DNA from: Candidatus Saccharimonadota bacterium
Lineage (GTDB): Bacteria > Patescibacteriota > Saccharimonadia > Saccharimonadales > HK-STAS-PATE-42
NCBI GenBank assembly: GCA_036826375.1
Contig: DAISWL010000003.1
Location: 1 to 61,185 of the forward strand
Length of the DNA: 61,185 bases
Reading direction: 5' to 3'
Positions 29,847 through 39,629 of the stretch are shown in pieces. Positions within the stretch are counted from its first letter, which is position 1; each line of letters begins with the position of its first letter. Below the pieces are notes generated by a model. It did not search any database, was not told the DNA's origin, and saw only the letters and a list, made by a program, of their open reading frames with translations. The position numbers and the translations under genes were made by a program.

Positions 29847-30836
29847 TTATAGGCTTTTGTTCAAGCCAAATAAAAAACAAGCGTTAGCAGTAGTAGTTCT
29901 AGCCACATCGGCTAAACTTAAACAACGCTTGCTAGAAATATCCTCAGCCACTAATTTAACATAAGCTGGCGAATTGATTTTACCACGATAAGGACTGGGA
30001 GTCAAGAAGGGCGAGTCAGTTTCTAAAATAATACTTTCAAGCGGTATCTGATTGAACATTTCAAGCTGAAGAGCATCTTTAGTAAACGTTGATATTCCAT
30101 TCAAGCCAAAGTAAAGGTTACGCTCTAAGCCTTTATGCATATTATAGATGTTATCTGTAAAGCTATGCAAAACTCCTCTGGGCTTAAATTTATCGTAAAT
30201 AGGCCAAAAATCGTTAAAAGATTCTCGAACATGAAAACTTACGGGTAGATTAAATCTGCGCGCTAAACTTAACTGGTATTGTAACGATTCTATCTGTTTA
30301 CCTCTGGGGGAGTTATTATAATAATAGTCCAGGCCAATCTCGCCAATGCCAACTATCTTAGATTTAAGCTCAGCGTCTCTTAAAATAGTCTCTAATTGTT
30401 TTAGGTTGTCTAAATCTTTTTTTGCTTGATGAGGATGCGAGCCTATAACCGCAAAAACTCTATCATACCTCAAGGCAAACTGAGCTGCCAGAAAGCTATC
30501 TTCAACGCTTGTTCCGACAACCAAAATCATTTCAACGCCAACTTCAAAAGCATCCTTAATCAGCTGATCAGGATTTTCAAACTTAAATTCAGGATCATGA
30601 ATATGAGCGTGTGTATCAACAAATTTAAGCTTAGCTGGAGCAGTTGGCTCGCTTTCACCAGATTCTAACTTAAGCTTAGATGTGTAGCTCAGGTGGGAGG
30701 TAACATCCACCGCCAAGCCGTCGTGTGCGGCTAAAATCTGTTTTCTAGCAGAGGTAACTTCGCCTAGCTTGAAAACTTTTTCATCTTCAGCCACGTCGTT
30801 AATTAAACTTAAGTGTTTTGTAGAATATTCATCCAT
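29847..30836 (-). CDS. tatD: TatD family nuclease with N-terminal extension
   Basis: DTHAHI, GSHPH, IGEIGLDYY, HVRES, GVLHSF, ETDSPFL. Confidence 0.93.
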   Translation of the reverse strand: MDEYSTKHLSLINDVAEDEKVFKLGEVTSARKQILAAHDGLAVDVTSHLSYTSKLKLESGESEPTAPAKLKFVDTHAHIHDPEFKFENPDQLIKDAFEVGVEMILVVGTSVEDSFLAAQFALRYDRVFAVIGSHPHQAKKDLDNLKQLETILRDAELKSKIVGIGEIGLDYYYNNSPRGKQIESLQYQLSLARRFNLPVSFHVRESFNDFWPIYDKFKPRGVLHSFTDNIYNMHKGLERNLYFGLNGISTFTKDALQLEMFNQIPLESIILETDSPFLTPSPYRGKINSPAYVKLVAEDISSKRCLSLADVARTTTANACFLFGLNKSL

Positions 30837-30859
30837 AACTATGTTAGAATTATAACACT

Positions 30860-31381
30860 ATGGTGGATTTAGTTTTGGTAGGAATCGCTCTCGTTGCTAA
30901 CTTTAATGGTGGTCAAATCGGACCTAATTTTAAACCAGATGATTCAATCAAAACTAATTTAAGCTGTCCGGCTGAGCAGGCCGGTGATTTTCTAGTTGAT
31001 TTAAATTCTAACGTTAAGATTAATAAAGCTATATACTTACAAACCGGCTTAATGATTGCAGATGCTAATACGGCCGGTTATCCACTCAAGATTGATAATT
31101 CCTACAGAACCTGCCAAGAGCAAGTGGAGCTTAGAAAACAAAATTGTGAAACCATTAAAGAAGATGAAATCTACACTAAAAAACCTGAAAATTGCAAAAT
31201 ACCAACTGAAATTCCGGGGCAGAGTCTGCATTCCCAGGGGCTGGCAGTTGATGTCGCTTGTGAAGGCTCTATAAAGTTTGAGGAATCTCCCTGTTATCAA
31301 TGGATGAAGAAGAATGCTCACAAATACGGGCTCCATGAGCACAAAAAAGAACCTTGGCACTGGAGCTTAACTGGCGAGTAG
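30860..31381 (+). CDS. M15B (VanY-like) D-Ala-D-Ala carboxypeptidase
   Basis: NSYRT..Q, PGQSLHSQGLAVD, EPWHW. Confidence 0.9.
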   Translation: MVDLVLVGIALVANFNGGQIGPNFKPDDSIKTNLSCPAEQAGDFLVDLNSNVKINKAIYLQTGLMIADANTAGYPLKIDNSYRTCQEQVELRKQNCETIKEDEIYTKKPENCKIPTEIPGQSLHSQGLAVDVACEGSIKFEESPCYQWMKKNAHKYGLHEHKKEPWHWSLTGE

Positions 31382-31442
31382 CTAATATAAACTTATTTTT
31401 AAAACCGAGTTAATTTCTAGAAAAGCTAGCTCATTATAAAAA

Positions 31443-32384
31443 TTAATAGTAATCATAAATTTGTTTGTACAAATTACTAACTCTGTCTACTCCTTCATTC
31501 GGCCGCTGCCATTCGCCGCTCATTATAGAAACTAAGATGGGGCCGCCATCAGTATACAGAACCGCTACCGAGTTAAGATATCCTCCAAAACGAGCTTCAT
31601 TGTAAACTGCTTGGGCTGAAAGAGGCAACTTGGCTAGGGGCATAGATTGATCGCCGCTAGCAAGTATGCTGTAGCCTAAATCACCTTCTTTAGGCTTATA
31701 TTCATCTTGCTCTCTCCAAGCCGAAAATATCATCTCCATAGACTTAGCAGAATCTGCAGCAGTAGTAGATTTATCTTCAGTTTTGCCGAAAAAAGAGTTC
31801 TTAAAACCTAAATTAGTTAAACTCGAATAACCGAGGTTATCTGAAACTATATTTCTTATTTCAGAGGTGCATGGATCGGAGTAATCACTCAGCATCCTAT
31901 CTAGGCATTGGTTCATGCTTAATGCCCTAGCGTTATCTACTATTTGTTCGTAATTAAGTTCACCCCTATCTATCTTAGATCTAACGACATTAACAATAAA
32001 CAAGCTATCGAAGTTTATAGCATTAAACCCGTTTGTTGGGTTTGAGCTAGCTTCTTCTCCGGTTATTAAATCTTTAACATATATGCTTATTTTGCCGGAG
32101 TCTTCACCAGAATTAAGTGAGTTCATAAACTCTTGCAATTTTGTTAAGCCATCTGGTTTGCCGGAATCTGATTGGCTAATTGTTCCGGGAATAAATACCC
32201 TGCCGTTGAGCTTAAACAAACCACTAACAGAAGGGGTATGGGGTTGGTTCTCCGCAGATATTCTGACTTGCGCCCTACTTATAAAACCGCCAACCACCAA
32301 AAATAAACTGCAGACTATAGCAACGAAACCTAGCCCTAAATCTTTCTCTATTATTTTTTTTCTATGGCCTTTTATATACTTCAC
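31443..32384 (-). CDS. Class A beta-lactamase-like serine hydrolase, catalytic motif degenerate
   Basis: ISIYVKDLITGE, MLSDYSD, TTAADSA, YLNSVAVLY; no SxxK visible. Confidence 0.65.
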   Translation of the reverse strand: MKYIKGHRKKIIEKDLGLGFVAIVCSLFLVVGGFISRAQVRISAENQPHTPSVSGLFKLNGRVFIPGTISQSDSGKPDGLTKLQEFMNSLNSGEDSGKISIYVKDLITGEEASSNPTNGFNAINFDSLFIVNVVRSKIDRGELNYEQIVDNARALSMNQCLDRMLSDYSDPCTSEIRNIVSDNLGYSSLTNLGFKNSFFGKTEDKSTTAADSAKSMEMIFSAWREQDEYKPKEGDLGYSILASGDQSMPLAKLPLSAQAVYNEARFGGYLNSVAVLYTDGGPILVSIMSGEWQRPNEGVDRVSNLYKQIYDYY

Positions 32385-32466
32385 TCTACTGCGTAACTCC
32401 TGCTAGATAATACTTATGTTTAAATTCTACCATAATTTAGAACAAAATTGTGCTAACATAAACTTA

Positions 32467-33561
32467 ATGGTAATTTTAACTAGTCTAGCAGTTCTACTTG
32501 CAATAATTTTAATTGCTCTAATTCTTAATTTAACTATTAAGTTAGGGCGAGACGGGGTCAGTTCTGAAATTAGTTCCAACTATCTGAAGAAGGATATTGA
32601 TGGCGTATCGCAAAATTTAAGAGAGCTACAGAACTCTTTACAAGAAAAGATCAATGAAAAGCTAGAGAGGAGTCAGAATCAAACCAACCAGACCATCCAA
32701 CGTCAGTTTGAGCAGAGCGCTAAAATTATCGCGGATGTCCAAAAACAGCTTACTCAATTAGATGAAACCAACAAGCAGGTTAAAGATGTTGCTGGTGATT
32801 TAAAAACCTTACAGAACGTTTTAACTAACCCTAAGCAACGTGGAGTATTGGGCGAATATTATCTTGAAACTGTACTGAAGAATGTGTTGCCACCCGAAAG
32901 ATTCCAACTCCAGTTTAAGTTTAAAGATAATGAAACGGTTGATGCGGTAATTTTCTTAGAAAAAGATAAGGTCCTCCCCATTGATAGTAAATTTAGCTTG
33001 GAAAATTATAACCGTCTGGTTGGCATGAATACGGAAACAGAAGAAAGAGCTAAACTAGAGCGCCAATTCAAGAATGACCTCAAACTCCGAATAGACGAAA
33101 CCGCAAAATACATTCGACCTGAAGAGGATACTATGGATTTCGCTTTTATGTTCATACCTAGTGAAGCGATTTATTACGATCTACTAGTCAACAAGATAGG
33201 TTCTAATACTGTTAGTTCGCGCGACCTAATTGAGTACGCCTTTAGAGAAAAACATGTAATAATCGTTAGCCCTACTAGCTTTATGGCTTATTTGCAAACT
33301 GTAATTCAAGGGTTAAGGTCGCTTCAAATCGAAGAGCAGGCTAAAGAAATTCAAAAAAGGGTCGGCGAATTAGGGAGACACCTCAAGGTATACCAAGATT
33401 ACCAAAAGAAGCTTGGAAATAGCTTAAAAACTACCGTGAACCACTATAATGCTAGCGAAAAAGAGTTTAGAAAATTAGATAAAGATGTAGTAAAAATTAA
33501 TGGTGGTGATCAGTTTTATTATGAGGTTGATTTATTAGAATCGCCGTCTTACGACGACTAA
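32467..33561 (+). CDS. rmuC: DNA recombination protein RmuC
   Basis: NPKQRGVLGE, PIDSKFSL, DFAFMFIPSE, IVSPTSF. Confidence 0.95.
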   Translation: MVILTSLAVLLAIILIALILNLTIKLGRDGVSSEISSNYLKKDIDGVSQNLRELQNSLQEKINEKLERSQNQTNQTIQRQFEQSAKIIADVQKQLTQLDETNKQVKDVAGDLKTLQNVLTNPKQRGVLGEYYLETVLKNVLPPERFQLQFKFKDNETVDAVIFLEKDKVLPIDSKFSLENYNRLVGMNTETEERAKLERQFKNDLKLRIDETAKYIRPEEDTMDFAFMFIPSEAIYYDLLVNKIGSNTVSSRDLIEYAFREKHVIIVSPTSFMAYLQTVIQGLRSLQIEEQAKEIQKRVGELGRHLKVYQDYQKKLGNSLKTTVNHYNASEKEFRKLDKDVVKINGGDQFYYEVDLLESPSYDD

Positions 33562-33588
33562 GTTTAAACGAGTTTACCTATTCACTGT

Positions 33589-34881
33589 TTATTTTAGCTG
33601 CTTGTCGCTTGGCAACGGGAACTGTAAACAGAATTTTTCAACCTCTGTTCTAATTTCTTCAAGTGCTTTTTGGTCGACCCTAAGCTTAATAGTATTGGCC
33701 ATCCATTTGGCAATTAAAGCCATGTGCTCTTCTTTCATGCCACGAGTTGTAATCGCCGGTGTACCAATGCGTAGCCCGCTAGGCTTAAAAGGCGGAAGTT
33801 TATCTTTAGGTATCGAGTTACAGTTTGCTGTCAAATGTACTGAATCAAGCAGATTTTGAGCCTCTCTTCCGTCAATACCAAAGCTTTTCATCATATCTAT
33901 TTGAATTAGATGGTTAGATGTCCCTCCGGTAACCAGATCGAAGCCTTGATCTTGTAACGCTAAACTTAAGGTCTGAGCATTATCTAAAATACTCTGAGCA
34001 TAAATTTTGAAATCTGGTTGAAGAGCCTCTCCAAAAGCTACAGCCTTAGCAAGAATATTATTCATATGTGGGCCACCTTGCATGCCTGGAAAAATGGCTC
34101 TATCTATTAAAGTAGGAATATTTTCTAAAGAATGTCCGGGGTCTTTTAAAGGATTACCGACAGCCCCTCTTGAAAGAATTAACCCGCCGCGTGGACCACG
34201 CAAAGTTTTATGAGTGGTTGAAGTTATCACGTTGAAGCCGAAATCAAACGGGTTAAGTTTAACCCCACCCGCAATTAACCCAGCGATGTGAGCCATATCG
34301 GCCATCAGCATACAATCTGAACCGGCGGCATCAGCAGCAAGACGAAACTTAGAGTAATCAAGATCGCGTGGATATCCAGAAAAACCAGCTAAAATTATTT
34401 TAGGCTTAAGTTTTCTAGCGTCAGTAATCATTTTATCGTAATCTATTTCGCCAGAGGCGGGATCTTTAATACCATAACGAACAAAGTTGTAGATTTTAGC
34501 CGAGCCAGTTACCGGATGCCCGTGAGTTAAATGCCCACCGTCTTCTAGCGACATCGCCATTACCGTATCCCCCGGCTTTAACCAAGCCTGGTAAACTGCG
34601 ATATTAGCGGGAGCTCCGCTATGAGGCTGAACGTTAGCATGGTCTGCTCTGAACAGTTTTTTAGCTCTTTCGATAGCGATTAGTTCAATCTGATCGGTGA
34701 ATTCTTGACCTCCATAATAGCGTCTACCCGGGTAGCCTTCGGAGTATTTATTAGTGAAAACTGAGCCTAGAGCCTCTAGTACATCAGCTGAAACATAATT
34801 TTCGCTAGGTATAAGCTCTATCCCCCTACGCTGACGAGCGAGCTCCTGGCTTAATAAATCTGTTAATTTCTTATCTTTCAT
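33589..34881 (-). CDS. glyA: Serine hydroxymethyltransferase
   Basis: LIPSEN, NKYSEGYPGRRYYGG, TSTTHKTLRGPRGG, SGLRIGT. Confidence 0.98.
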   Translation of the reverse strand: MKDKKLTDLLSQELARQRRGIELIPSENYVSADVLEALGSVFTNKYSEGYPGRRYYGGQEFTDQIELIAIERAKKLFRADHANVQPHSGAPANIAVYQAWLKPGDTVMAMSLEDGGHLTHGHPVTGSAKIYNFVRYGIKDPASGEIDYDKMITDARKLKPKIILAGFSGYPRDLDYSKFRLAADAAGSDCMLMADMAHIAGLIAGGVKLNPFDFGFNVITSTTHKTLRGPRGGLILSRGAVGNPLKDPGHSLENIPTLIDRAIFPGMQGGPHMNNILAKAVAFGEALQPDFKIYAQSILDNAQTLSLALQDQGFDLVTGGTSNHLIQIDMMKSFGIDGREAQNLLDSVHLTANCNSIPKDKLPPFKPSGLRIGTPAITTRGMKEEHMALIAKWMANTIKLRVDQKALEEIRTEVEKFCLQFPLPSDKQLK

Positions 34882-35017
34882 TTTGTAAATTCCTCCTCCT
34901 TATAATAACTTAAGATTGATTCAATAGATAGAGTTCATCTTGTTGTAGATTCAACTCTGGCATATTTTCATTTTAAACTTAATTGACTAGTTATATCTTA
35001 AAAGATATAATCTACAA

Positions 35018-36547
35018 ATGAGCCAAGATTTATATCTACAAAAAATTGGTAAGATGATAACCAAAATGCGCCAAGAAAAAGGCTTAACCCAATCAGAGTT
35101 AGCCAAAGATTTAGGCACCAGTCAATCCGCCATAAACCGTATAGAATCTGGGAATCAGAATTTGACCCTTGAAACTTTAGCTAGAATTAGCGAGGTCCTA
35201 GATCAAGAAATTGTTAGTATTTCAGATCAGAAACTAGATTTCAAAATTAAAGGCGGCTTCAAATTAAGAGGCAGTGTTACCTGTAGTGGAGCTAAAAATT
35301 CAGCCCTCGGCGTAATTTGTGCCTCTATTTTAAATCAAGGCACTACAACTCTTAAAAATGTACCCAAAATTGAAGAGGTTAATCGCATCTTAGAAGTTTT
35401 AGCTAGCATAGGAGTTAAAATCAAGTGGGAGGAAGATGGCGATTTGATAATTACCCCTCCTACTAAACTTAAGCTTAGTAGTTTAGATGTCGCAGCCGCT
35501 AAGCGGACCAGAACTGTAATTATGTTGATGGGACCACTAATGCATCTTGCTAAGAAATTCAACCTTCCCTTTGCTGGAGGCTGCCAACTAGGAGCGAGAA
35601 CCGTAGAGCCTCATATAATGGCGCTCTCTAAGTTAGGCTTGAAGGTAGATGTTGAAGATGATAGCTACCACTGCATATCTAAGCCTAAAAAAGCAGATCG
35701 AATTGTACTAATAGAACGAGGAGATACTGTTACCGAAAACTTAATTATGGCTGCATCCGTAGGCAAAGGCAAGGTAGAAATTGTTAATGCCAGCTATAAC
35801 TATATCGTACTGGATTTAATATACTACTTAAGAGGTTTAGGGGTTAAGTTTAGCGGGATTGGTACATCTAACTTAGTTATTGAGGGAGTAGAAAATATAA
35901 ATCAGGATACCACTTATGGTATAACTGAAGACCCTATTGAAGCAATGAGTTACCTAACCGCCGGGATAGTGACAGACAGCAAAATAAGCGTTAAAAGGGT
36001 CCCTAGAGATTTTATAGAAATAGAACTATTGAACCTATCAGCGATGAATCTTAAGTTTAAATTGTCACCAACCTATAAAGCTTTGAACGGAGAAACTGAT
36101 TTAGTTGATATAGAACTGGTCAACTCTTCCCTTTTGAAATCACCTGTTGATAAAATTCATTCTCAAAGTTACCCAGCAATAAATATGGATAATTTACCTT
36201 TTTTTGCTTTAATCGCCTCCAAGGCTAAAGGCAGAACTTTAATTCATGATTGGAGCTACGAGAGCAGGTTAATACATCTGTTAGATTTAACCAGAATTGG
36301 CGTTAATATTGAGCTAGCAGATAAACACCGTATTTTTGTTGATGGGCCAACTGAATTTAAGCCGGCCAGTGTAACCTGCCCACCGGCCTTAAGACCTGCG
36401 ATGCTAATCTTAATTGGGATGTTAGCAGCCCCTGGAACCTCTATTTTAAGAGACGTTTATTCTATCAAACGTGGCTACGAGAGTGTTGTCGAAAAGCTTA
36501 ATTCTTTAGGAGCGAAAATATCTGTAATGATAGATATCCAAACTTAA
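35018..36547 (+). CDS. murA: UDP-GlcNAc enolpyruvyl transferase with N-terminal XRE HTH
   Basis: LTQSELAKDLGTSQSAINRIESG; GAKNS, AGGCQLGAR, RGYE. Confidence 0.93.
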   Translation: MSQDLYLQKIGKMITKMRQEKGLTQSELAKDLGTSQSAINRIESGNQNLTLETLARISEVLDQEIVSISDQKLDFKIKGGFKLRGSVTCSGAKNSALGVICASILNQGTTTLKNVPKIEEVNRILEVLASIGVKIKWEEDGDLIITPPTKLKLSSLDVAAAKRTRTVIMLMGPLMHLAKKFNLPFAGGCQLGARTVEPHIMALSKLGLKVDVEDDSYHCISKPKKADRIVLIERGDTVTENLIMAASVGKGKVEIVNASYNYIVLDLIYYLRGLGVKFSGIGTSNLVIEGVENINQDTTYGITEDPIEAMSYLTAGIVTDSKISVKRVPRDFIEIELLNLSAMNLKFKLSPTYKALNGETDLVDIELVNSSLLKSPVDKIHSQSYPAINMDNLPFFALIASKAKGRTLIHDWSYESRLIHLLDLTRIGVNIELADKHRIFVDGPTEFKPASVTCPPALRPAMLILIGMLAAPGTSILRDVYSIKRGYESVVEKLNSLGAKISVMIDIQT

Positions 36548-36602
36548 TCATAATATTAGCCAGACTAGGGAGAAAGGCTTAATTCAAGAATATAATTAAG
36601 AT

Positions 36603-37238
36603 TTAATTTTTAAGTTTAGCCTCAAACACCTCGCGACCATCGTCAGAGCCCTTTAATGTGCAGCTGTAGAGGGTAAGCTTAGCATCTTTAATTTTGTCTT
36701 TAACCGGATCTTCAATCGCGATATCAGTTGGCTTAACTCCATATTTTTTAGTAATCTCATAATTGTAACGCTTGCCCTTGTAATCTACTATAAATTGATC
36801 CCCTACGTTTAGTTTGCCGACATTATAGAACGGGGAGCTATCCATAGTAGCACCGGGGGTCCATTTCATGATAAAACGATGAGCACTCAGAATAAAGTTA
36901 CCGCCGGTTTCGGGATCTCCCCTCTCCGGATAACGATGCCAAGCTCCTTGCTCCATAACGCTTTCATCGCCAGTAAGAAACGGTACCTCTAAACCAATTT
37001 TTGGTATATAGAGGATATTATCTCCGGGCTTGGGTTCGCTTTGAGCGACTTTTGCTGGCTGACCTAAAATTATTCCCGACTGAAGAGCAGGAGCAAAAAC
37101 CAGAGTCATCAAATACACTCCCGCAAAGAATAAACTTATAGATATAAAATTTAATGATAATTTTGTGAATCGCTTTTTATTGCGCGTTTTAATTACCCCC
37201 TCGATGCTTGAGTAATGTATATTTTTTTTACTATTCAC
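36603..37238 (-). CDS. Sortase
   Basis: N-terminal TM, LYIPKIGL, GNFILSAHR, LTLYSCT...R. Confidence 0.88.
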   Translation of the reverse strand: MNSKKNIHYSSIEGVIKTRNKKRFTKLSLNFISISLFFAGVYLMTLVFAPALQSGIILGQPAKVAQSEPKPGDNILYIPKIGLEVPFLTGDESVMEQGAWHRYPERGDPETGGNFILSAHRFIMKWTPGATMDSSPFYNVGKLNVGDQFIVDYKGKRYNYEITKKYGVKPTDIAIEDPVKDKIKDAKLTLYSCTLKGSDDGREVFEAKLKN

Positions 37239-37273
37239 CTTTATTAATGCACCCCTTAGTCATGTATCGCCAA

Positions 37274-37753
37274 TTAATTGATTACGATTCTTTTGTTAGA
37301 TAGCTTTATTATAGCATCTCTGTTGAAGAAACGGTTTTGGCTAAGTATCTTGCCTTTCAGACTATTAACTTGGTAATAGAACTTAACTAGCTCAAAGTTG
37401 GAATCGCTAATTACATAATCCGTGATGTAACCTATTTTTTTACTTGAGGAATCCTCTATGGTGAGATTAAGGATGTCAAAATTAAGAGACAATGTCTTCT
37501 GAAGCCTTACTAAATGACTGTCTAGCTCAACAAGATTTTTATAACCATCGACACTAAAACCCTCTATATCTGATTCTCTTATATCGTCAGTGAATACTAC
37601 CCTGCTAACACGATCATCCCATATTTTAAGCTTAAAGGCTATTATTTTTAAAGAATCTGGGGCAATGATAGGATATTCAACTTTGGCTACAGGCTCACCA
37701 GTTTCTAAACTGAAAATAGTTCTATCTTTTAAATCTGAAGCTAGGATCAACAT
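37274..37753 (-). CDS. PRC-barrel domain protein
   Basis: Two PRC-like repeats (IFSLETGEPVAKV; IEDSSSKKIGYITDYVI). Confidence 0.65.
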   Translation of the reverse strand: MLILASDLKDRTIFSLETGEPVAKVEYPIIAPDSLKIIAFKLKIWDDRVSRVVFTDDIRESDIEGFSVDGYKNLVELDSHLVRLQKTLSLNFDILNLTIEDSSSKKIGYITDYVISDSNFELVKFYYQVNSLKGKILSQNRFFNRDAIIKLSNKRIVIN

Positions 37754-37756
37754 ATT

Positions 37757-38422
37757 CTACTCGGCCTCCTCTGTTTCAGTCGAGTTAGTAGTATCCTGAA
37801 CGCCCTCAGATTGAGTTTGAAGATCGGCGGAATAGTTGTCCCCACTGCCGCCGGTCTGCTGAATGGTCTGGTCGTCAGATGTAGAATAAATGTCTATCTT
37901 ATATCCGTCGCAAAGGGCAGTATCGTTATTACACCCCTCCGGATAGGTTACATACTTAAACATGTCAGATCCTATACTATTACCATAACCATCATCTAAG
38001 AGAACTTCTAGTCTTGGATTAAGCTTAACCCAATATTCATCTTCAAGATTAGATTCTAGAGGATATTGGCCCTTCTGGCTGAAATACAGATCTAGCTCTG
38101 CGGCCATAGCTTCAGCCTTATAGTATTTTGCACTATCCTCGGCTACATTTTTAATAGAAATAGCCCTTCTGTAACCAAACAGGAATATACCACCTATAAT
38201 AAGTACTGCCAACAGCAATTCTCCTAGAGAGATAGTCTTTTCGTTATTGGAATGGGTTGTTGATCCGAAAATTAAAGCTGCTTTTTTGTTTACTGATTCA
38301 AGGCTATCAATCCCATTTTTCTGACTAACGTTTTTTTTAGATTTTAGCGCTTTATTCTTTTCTGATACGGATGAATTAACCGATTTTTTATTAATATTAT
38401 TTAATGATTTCTTAGCTGCCAC
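37757..38422 (-). CDS. Pilin/pseudopilin-like membrane protein with long basic leader
   Basis: ISLGELLLAVLIIGG, LDLYFSQKGQYP, FKYVTYPEGC. Confidence 0.6.
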   Translation of the reverse strand: MAAKKSLNNINKKSVNSSVSEKNKALKSKKNVSQKNGIDSLESVNKKAALIFGSTTHSNNEKTISLGELLLAVLIIGGIFLFGYRRAISIKNVAEDSAKYYKAEAMAAELDLYFSQKGQYPLESNLEDEYWVKLNPRLEVLLDDGYGNSIGSDMFKYVTYPEGCNNDTALCDGYKIDIYSTSDDQTIQQTGGSGDNYSADLQTQSEGVQDTTNSTETEEAE

Positions 38423-38514
38423 AGCGATATACCTACTAAACTCTTAAGCTTTTATTATTATTTAATTCTACCATAAATTGCATTGATGATGTATAATAAA
38501 TGATGATTAAAAGC

Positions 38515-38589
38515 GCGGGTGTTGTATAGTGGCTATTATGCCAGCCTTCCAAGCTGGAGACGAGAGTTCGATTCTCTCCACCCGCACCA
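38515..38589 (+). tRNA. tRNA-Gly (TCC)
   Basis: Acceptor GCGGGTG/CACCCGC, anticodon loop CTTCCAA, GTTCGA T-loop, encoded CCA. Confidence 0.97.
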
Positions 38590-38623
38590 AAAGTACATTC
38601 ATATTTTAAATTCAAGATGGTAC

Positions 38624-38700
38624 GCCTCGGTAGCTCAGTGGATTAGAGCAATGGGCTTCTATCCCACAGGTCGGGGGTTCGAATCCCTCCCGGGGTACCA
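38624..38700 (+). tRNA. tRNA-Arg (TCT)
   Basis: Acceptor GCCTCGG/CCGGGGT, anticodon loop CTTCTAT, GTTCGAA T-loop, encoded CCA. Confidence 0.95.
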
Positions 38701-38734
38701 AACAAAGAGCTGGCTGGTAGGCCAGTTTTTTGTT
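38701..38734 (+). terminator. Intrinsic terminator after the tRNA pair
   Basis: CTGGC/GCCAG stem (extendable to 14 bp with G-U pairs) followed by a T tract. Confidence 0.75.
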
Positions 38735-38803
38735 GGGTTATCTCACGTAAGTGAGAATTCGAACCACCGCCGGGCGTTCGGGCGAAGCTTTGCATTAGCA
38801 AAC

Positions 38804-38819
38804 ATCCCTCCCGGGGTAC
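38804..38819 (+). repeat. Direct repeat of the tRNA-Arg 3' end (att-like scar)
   Basis: ATCCCTCCCGGGGTAC identical to 38683-38698. Confidence 0.85.
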
Positions 38820-38846
38820 TATTCTAGACGTAAAGCGTCTAATAAA

Positions 38847-39629
38847 TCATTTTCCATCTGTTGAGATACTATCCCAACCTGCGATCAATTTAAGTGCTAT
38901 GCTTTTTAAGCAAATTATATTTCTAGAATTCAAACTGCGGGCAGCAATTTCTAACTGATCGTCTAACCGCTTGAGATTATTTATAATTAAAGCATCATTC
39001 AGCGCAAATTGTAGAAGTTGATCGGCAAATAACGGATTTCTACTCAGTATTGGACCATGAAGATAACTGCCAAAAATATTAAACTTAATAGCTCCTTCTT
39101 GATTGTCGCCTCCGTTATTACCGCTTCCGGAAACAACTTTTCCGAACGGCTTGGTTGATTCAGATTTAATAAAAGTTCTTCCGCTATGGTTTTCAAAACC
39201 ATACAACTGACCGTAGGCGGAATCTATTTCGATATTACCAATTAACCTATCCTCAGAACCAATAGTTTCAATATCCAAGATTCCAATACCTTCAAGTTCC
39301 TTTCCTTCAGATGTTACAAACTTCAATCCAAATAATTGATAGCTTCCACAAATAAGTAGCATCGGTACTCCTCTTTTGGCTAAAGCAAGTAGTTTACCAG
39401 CCTTAAGCTTAATATCTTTTGCAACTTTAATCTGGCTACTATCCTGGCCGCCGCCAGATACAATCAAATTAGTATCGTCAGGTATATCTTCACCGATACC
39501 AACCTGTAAAATTTCAGATTCCACACCTCTCCAACTTAACCTTTTTTGCAGAATTAAAGTGTTACCAGTATCCCCGTAAACGTTTAGCTCTTTTGCATAA
39601 AGGTGCACAATTTTTATTTTTTTACTCAC
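38847..39629 (-). CDS. gatD: GatD (CobQ-like) glutamine amidotransferase
   Basis: YGDTGN, GGGQD, ICGSYQLFG, GFENHSGRT, SYLHGPIL. Confidence 0.93.
   Translation of the reverse strand: MSKKIKIVHLYAKELNVYGDTGNTLILQKRLSWRGVESEILQVGIGEDIPDDTNLIVSGGGQDSSQIKVAKDIKLKAGKLLALAKRGVPMLLICGSYQLFGLKFVTSEGKELEGIGILDIETIGSEDRLIGNIEIDSAYGQLYGFENHSGRTFIKSESTKPFGKVVSGSGNNGGDNQEGAIKFNIFGSYLHGPILSRNPLFADQLLQFALNDALIINNLKRLDDQLEIAARSLNSRNIICLKSIALKLIAGWDSISTDGK

Noticed and set aside
29400-29850. Complete tmRNA gene
   Set aside because: No GGGG 5' end, no T-arm/CCA 3' end, and no room for pk2-4 before the next gene
35018-35230. XRE-HTH fused to MurA as a novel fusion
   Set aside because: To my knowledge this architecture is already common in Actinobacteria and Saccharibacteria
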